From contig OX597817.1 of the NCBI GenBank assembly GCA_951406725.2, positions 165,230,001 to 165,294,000 on the forward strand: a stretch of 64,000 nt of DNA. The letters run 5' to 3'. Below the pieces are notes generated by a model. That model was not told where the DNA came from, searched no databases, and was given only the letters and a program-made list of their open reading frames with translations. The translations under genes were made by a program, and so were the position numbers. Within the stretch, counting starts at the first letter, position 1. Every line of letters begins with the position of its first letter. Positions 56,879 to 64,000 of the stretch are shown one piece after another. This DNA is from Octopus vulgaris (lineage: Eukaryota).

Positions 56879-56888
<10 letters not shown>
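56686..56888. repeat. ~59-bp-arm inverted repeat with inner hairpin
   Basis: 56686-56744 pairs with 56830-56888; inner AAACGAGCAAAA/TTTTGCTCGTTT. Confidence 0.7.
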
Positions 56889-56977
<89 letters not shown>

Positions 56978-57527
56978 TTATTTATTTATTTATTTATATA
57001 TATATGTATATGTATATATAAACATACATATACATATATATGCGTGTGTAAGTGTGTGTATGTGTGCGTATCTGTTTTTATGTCTGTGTTTGTCTCCTAC
57101 CACCGCTTGATAACCGCTATCGGTGTGCTTACGTCCCGGGTAAAAGAAACTAGTAGAATAAGTTCCAGGCTTTAAAAATACAAGTATTGGGATCGATTTG
57201 TTCGATGGTAAACCTTCAAGGTGGTGCCCCAGCGTGGCCATAGTCTAATGATTGAAACAGTTAAAAGAATAAAAGAATTCATGCCTTTACAGGTAACATT
57301 TATAAATATTAATTTCAAATTTTGGCATGAGGCAGTAACCTCGGGGAAGTGGGTAGCTAGTCCACATCAACCTCAATGATCAACTGGTACTTCTTTTACC
57401 GACTCCGAAAAGATGAAAGGTAAAGTCAGCCTTGCCGGCATTTGAACTCAGAACGTAGAGTCGGACAAAATGCTGCTAAACATTTTGATTTAGTAATGAA
57501 TTCTTTACTGATCCTTTTTGGTATTTC

Positions 57528-57640
57528 TTCCCAAACTAAAGGAAATTCTAAACATACACCAAATCATTAAAAGCTACAAACAACCTAAATCACTTAAAAA
57601 GATTCTCACAAAGGCAAAATTGTTTTCTGAAATTACGGAT
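57528..57640 (+). pseudogene. Penelope-like element linker fragment
   Basis: Translates PKLKEILNIHQIIKSYKQPKSLKKILTKAKL, like the PLE xxRQPKNLxxIL..AK motif. Confidence 0.5.
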
Positions 57641-59138
57641 GCAAAAATATTTATAAATATTTAGACTCACTTTCAGTTCATAATATCAATTGCTGTAAGC
57701 TTCTAGTTAACACTCGACCTATGGGTAAGTGTCATCTATTCTCAGTTGAATTTCAGGCATCTCCATCTAAGATCTATGATTTACTACGAGAGCAATCATG
57801 CACATGATGAGTGCTGTTCCTTTCCATGTGGGCTGGCTATAATCTGTATTCCGTCAAGAGAGCATCCTAGATGCATCGCACATCTTGCTGTCACGCCTTT
57901 GGAGCCATTATATTGTATTTTCTGGCTCACCTGCTATTCGAGTCCTTCATGCACTTAAGGTTTAATGACCCCGCCCCCCACTACAATAATCCTTCCAAGT
58001 TTGCTGATACCCATTACTCAGTTTTTCTCGCGTGCTAACGTTTCTGCCAGCTCGCCGCCTTTCGAAATGAGGTACCGTGCTGCAGCCATCCGTGAGCACT
58101 ACTGGCTCATGAGAGCCATAGTTGAGAGCTGTGTTGTCCCTGTTCGCATCTTAAGATATGCGGCTGGCTGGTTTTCAAAGGAACTATTACTTACACACTA
58201 CATCAAACATTATCTGTTTAACTATATATATAAGTGGAATTTAAAGGTTTATTCCTTTTGATATTAAAACCGTCGTATTCATTTTAACAATAAAACCGGC
58301 AAGCTGGCAGAGTCGTTAGCAAGGCAAGCAAGATGCTTAGCGGAGCTTCGTCCGTCCTTACGATCTGTGTTCAAATTCTGCGAAGGTCGATTTGCTTTTC
58401 ATTGTTTCAGGATCGGTAAAATGCATACCAGTTGAGCACTGGGGTCGACGTAATTGAATTAGCTCCTCCCCCGAACATGCTGGTCTAGTGCCAAAATTTG
58501 AAATCAATATCAAAACCGCCCTAAGGTGGCGGCGAGCTGGCAGTATGGTTAGAACGCCGGGCAAAATGCTTTGAGGAATTTCGTCCGTCCTTACGATCTG
58601 CGTTCAAATTTCACCTAGGTCGACTTTCGATCATATTCATCAATGTGTCCTTTTGTTTTAATATTCATGGATATTAATTTTGATTCCTATTTGTAACAAA
58701 TTCCTTCTGCTGGTTTTGATCATTGGATTCCGGCCATGCTTGAACACCACTTTGAACAAATTAACCCCAATATTTTCTTTTCCAGGTTTACCTTTTCTTT
58801 TTTTATTATTTTTTTAATATTTTACTCAATTACAGGAACGTAAACAATCCAACACCGGTTGACCTTTGATCTTTCGGAGTCGATAAAATAAGTACCAGTT
58901 GATGTAACAGTCAATGTAATCGATTTAACTCCTTTCCTGAACTTGCCGAGATTTGAAACCAATATTAAAACAGCCCAAGATTGCCCCAAATTCATAATAC
59001 AAATTTCCCGGTGTAAAATGATCCAAGTTAAAACCTTTCAAATTTTCATGTTAATTTAGGCTCCAAACTTCAGTTTACTAAGAGCAAAATCATTGGACTG
59101 ATTTTTTTCTTTATTTTCAAAATCGACTGAGATAAAAG

Positions 59139-59301
59139 CGCAGAATTGGCTGTGTGGTAAGTAGCCTGCTTACGAACCACATGGTTCCGGGTTCAGTCCC
59201 ACTGCGTGGCACCTCGGGCAAGTGTCTTCGACTATAGCCTCGGGCTGACTAAAGCCTTGTGAGTGGATTTAGTAGACGGAAGCTGAAAGAAGCCCATCGT
59301 A

Positions 59302-59376
<75 letters not shown>

Positions 59377-59597
59377 GTGTGTATATGTTTGTGTGTCTAC
59401 GTTTGTCCCCCCAACATTGCTTGGCAACCTATGCTGGTGTGTTTATGTCCCCGTAACTTAGTGGTTCGGAAAAAGGGACCGATAGAATAAGTACTAGGCT
59501 TAGAAGAATAAGTCCCAGGGTCGATTTGCTCGACTAAATGCGGTGCTCCAGCATGGCCACAGTCAAATGGCTGAAGCAAGGAAACGAGTAAAAGAAT
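59139..59597 (+). mobile_element. Full-length SINE family A copy
   Basis: Complete head, internal (TA)n, body and tail. Confidence 0.85.
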
Positions 59598-59716
59598 ACT
59601 AACAATAGCGTTTTGTAAATTTGGTTATTTAAATACAACCTTAAACGGTGTTTTTTTCTTTAAAATGTTTTGTTAACGTTTTCTGATTTTTGGGGGAAAT
59701 AAAGAATTCAGAAGCA

Positions 59717-60312
<596 letters not shown>

Positions 60313-60313
<1 letters not shown>

Positions 60314-60327
60314 GTAGTAGTAGTAGC

Positions 60328-60366
<39 letters not shown>

Positions 60367-60720
60367 TGTTGTTGTAGTAGTAGTAAGATGGTGATTTGGG
60401 TAGCAGTAGAAATGGTTATGGTGGTGGTGGCAACAGCACAGCAGCAGTTGCAGCAGCAGTTGCAGCAGCAGTTGCAGCAACAGTGGTAGTAATACAGATG
60501 ATGGTGGTTTTGGTAGCAATAGAGGTGGCTGTGGTGGTGGCGGCAATTGTAGTATCAGTAGCAGCAGCAGCAGCAGCAGCAGCTACGACAGTAGTAGTAG
60601 TAGCTGTAGGAGGAGGAGGAGGAGGAGGAGGAGGGGCAACAGCAGCAGCGGCACAACAGCAGCAGCGGTCGCAGCAGCAGCAGCAACATCAATTGTAGCT
60701 ACTGGTGTGTTTGGTGCTGG
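60313..60720. repeat. Compound (TAG/CAG/GGT/GGA)n tract
   Basis: Direct inspection. Confidence 0.85.
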
Positions 60721-61364
60721 TGAAGTTCAGTGACAACCAATTTGACATATACGCAGAGAATGAATGACCTACACACACGTATTAATGACAAATGATGCCG
60801 CGTTGTTATTGGTAACGCAATGCCAACCCCACGTCCTTCACCCCCATCCAACTTAACACCTAAGTATGATGTTTCCTAGCAACATAAACCGCATTAGCAG
60901 CAGCAATTGTGAGAACATTATTAAGGACAATATAATAAATTTTTTTTTTCAAGCTACGACCTCAATGTGGTCATTCTGCTTGCTAGAAATGACAACTAAA
61001 TTTCCTTCTGTTGTCTCTGAAAAACAGGGTCACTAGTTGATGTAATCCTAGATACACAACGCTTGCAGCCTGACTATTGGATTAGGATTGATTTGAAGGC
61101 TAAGTTAGGAGAACAGCATTAACATCATAGCCTCAAGACCTTCTCTGCGAAAACCTCGTGTGAGCGTTTACGTGGTCGTTAGATCAGCTAGAAATAGCAA
61201 ACGAATCTCCATCAAATCCTAACCCTAATCATAATCATAATCCAGCATCTCAGAAAAAGGAACACTGGAATAATTTAGTGCTGTCTTCCTTGCATACAAA
61301 GATAAGAAAAAAACGGGATGGTCGTGGCTGGAATATCTTCGAATATTTGTTTGTCTGTTCTGTT

Positions 61365-61775
61365 AGTTATTCTTTATTGCCCAAAAGGGGCTGAACACAA
61401 AGGAAACAAACAAGGACAGACAATGAGTCGATTACATCGACCCCAGTGCGTAACTGTTACTTAATCTATCGACCCTGAAAGGATGAAAGGCAAAGTCGTC
61501 TTCGGCGGAATTTGAACTCAAAACGTAACGGCAGACGAAATACCTATTTCTTTACTGCCCTCAAGGGGCTAAACACAGAGAGGACAAACAAGGACAGACA
61601 ACGGATTAAGTCGATTATATCGACCCCAGTGCGTAACTGGTAGTTAATTTATCGACTCCGAAAGGATGAAAGGCAAAGTCGACCTCGGCGGAATTTGAAC
61701 TCAGAACGTAACGGCAGACGAAATACCGCTAAACATTTCGCCCGTCGTGTAACGTTTCTACCAGCTCGCCGCCCT
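61365..61775 (-). mobile_element. SINE family B dimer
   Basis: Plus-strand GACGAAATAC|CTATTTC near 61543 is the reverse complement of the array junction. Confidence 0.85.
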
Positions 61776-61973
61776 GTTAGCGCTGTTCTATTAGTGCTGA
61801 CCAGTGGCTAAACAAAAGAAAACAAAAAACATTAGCAGGCATGGCTCTATGGTTAAGAAATGCGTGTTCAGTCCTACTGCGTGGCACCTTGAGCAATTAT
61901 CTCCTTCTCAAGTGCCAGGTGAACCAATGCCTTGTGAATGAGTTTGATAGCTGGAAATTGAAAGAAGCTCATC

Positions 61974-62026
<53 letters not shown>

Positions 62027-62117
62027 TGTATACACAGACACACAGACACGCTCACACACGCACAGACACACACAGACACAGACACACAGACACACACACA
62101 CACATATATATATATAC

Positions 62118-62174
<57 letters not shown>

Positions 62175-62182
62175 AATATGTA

Positions 62183-62250
<68 letters not shown>

Positions 62251-62288
62251 TCGATATGTTTCGACCAAAGATTGGTCCAGGCCATGTC

Positions 62289-62908
<620 letters not shown>

Positions 62909-64000
62909 CACACCACACACATAATTGTGTGTGCGTACTTGCTTAATACCCTTTCAAGTCCATGCTGTCTGAAAGGAAGTTAGGTTTATCATGGCTTCAA
63001 TACATTTCATAAAATGGTTTGTTCAACCTAAGCGGGACTGAAGAACATTTGTAGACTGTACTAGATCTCTATTTGGGTATTAGCTAGAAATAGCAGCCAA
63101 ATTTGCGTAATTGCAGTCATGAGGTTGAACGACAACATCAAAAGTATTAACGATATCATCAACAAGAATGATAACAAGAGTCGTATACGGATAATGTAGT
63201 GTTAGGTATACTATGTATCAAAAAAAAAAGGAGAGGTGGCCACAGTTGGGATTGTGAAAGGTGATCTTAGGTGTACTCAGCCAAGGCTAATCAGACTCTA
63301 AATAATAAAAATAACGACAGCGGTAATATGCTGAAGACTACCAGAGATTTAAATGTTTGTAATATCATTTGTTAAAAACAGAAAAAGTTTTCATGTGTGC
63401 TATAAAAGTTCAGGGAGTTACCAGTGAGAAAGGAAACATTAACCAACAAAATGAGGTATCAACACACACATAACTCCCCCCTCCACACAAAACCCCTCCA
63501 TACAAACATTCACCCATAATTATACTTACACACTCACACACACATATACACACATGCACGTGCGCACCTACACAGACACACAAACACACACTCATAAATA
63601 TATATACTTATGTGCATACTCACACACACACACTCACAGACACGTGCGTAATGCATTGCTCTAGCGAATGTTCCATAATGAAGACATGGCGGATTTTCAC
63701 GATGAATATTTTAATTGTTCGATCAATTAATTGATTTACTCTTTGAATATCTGTGTGAAGATGGTGAATATCACGCAGACACATGTGCCACGTGCCCTTA
63801 GCATAATTCTCAGTTGACAGTATAACAAAACTGGACCTTTGAACTTCTCGTCCAATCCATCTCATGTTAGGGCCGTTCTAGCAGCATTATAAGGTCCAGA
63901 TAGTATAATGCACTGAATCCTATAGCAGTTATTTATTAACACCAAGTCACAGCATGCACAAATCAGAATTGGACACCTATACTAGTGAGACCCCTGAACA

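Overview
AT-rich, microsatellite-saturated eukaryotic DNA. The repeat landscape is (TA)n/(CA)n/(TAA)n tracts, several tRNA-derived SINE families, R4/Dong-like and CR1-like LINE remnants, Penelope-like element (PLE) scraps and Tc1 fragments. From memory it resembles an Octopus (coleoid cephalopod) genome; this is inference, not a search result. Only one convincing host coding segment is present: a ~2.45 kb minus-strand exon (ATG at 50205, GTAAGT donor at 47750) encoding a Ser/Pro/His/Asp-rich, transcription-factor-like N-terminus. I found no next exon in the 47.7 kb downstream, so most of the window is probably one very large intron. Almost all other listed ORFs are microsatellite artefacts. 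The most interesting non-coding signals are three. (1) At least three unrelated short (TA)n-embedded elements each carry a variant minimal type-I hammerhead ribozyme. (2) Several such elements form fold-back inverted repeats. (3) One SINE forms exact 184-bp head-to-tail multimers with the same junction at four separate loci, which could reflect a circular or multimeric RNA intermediate.
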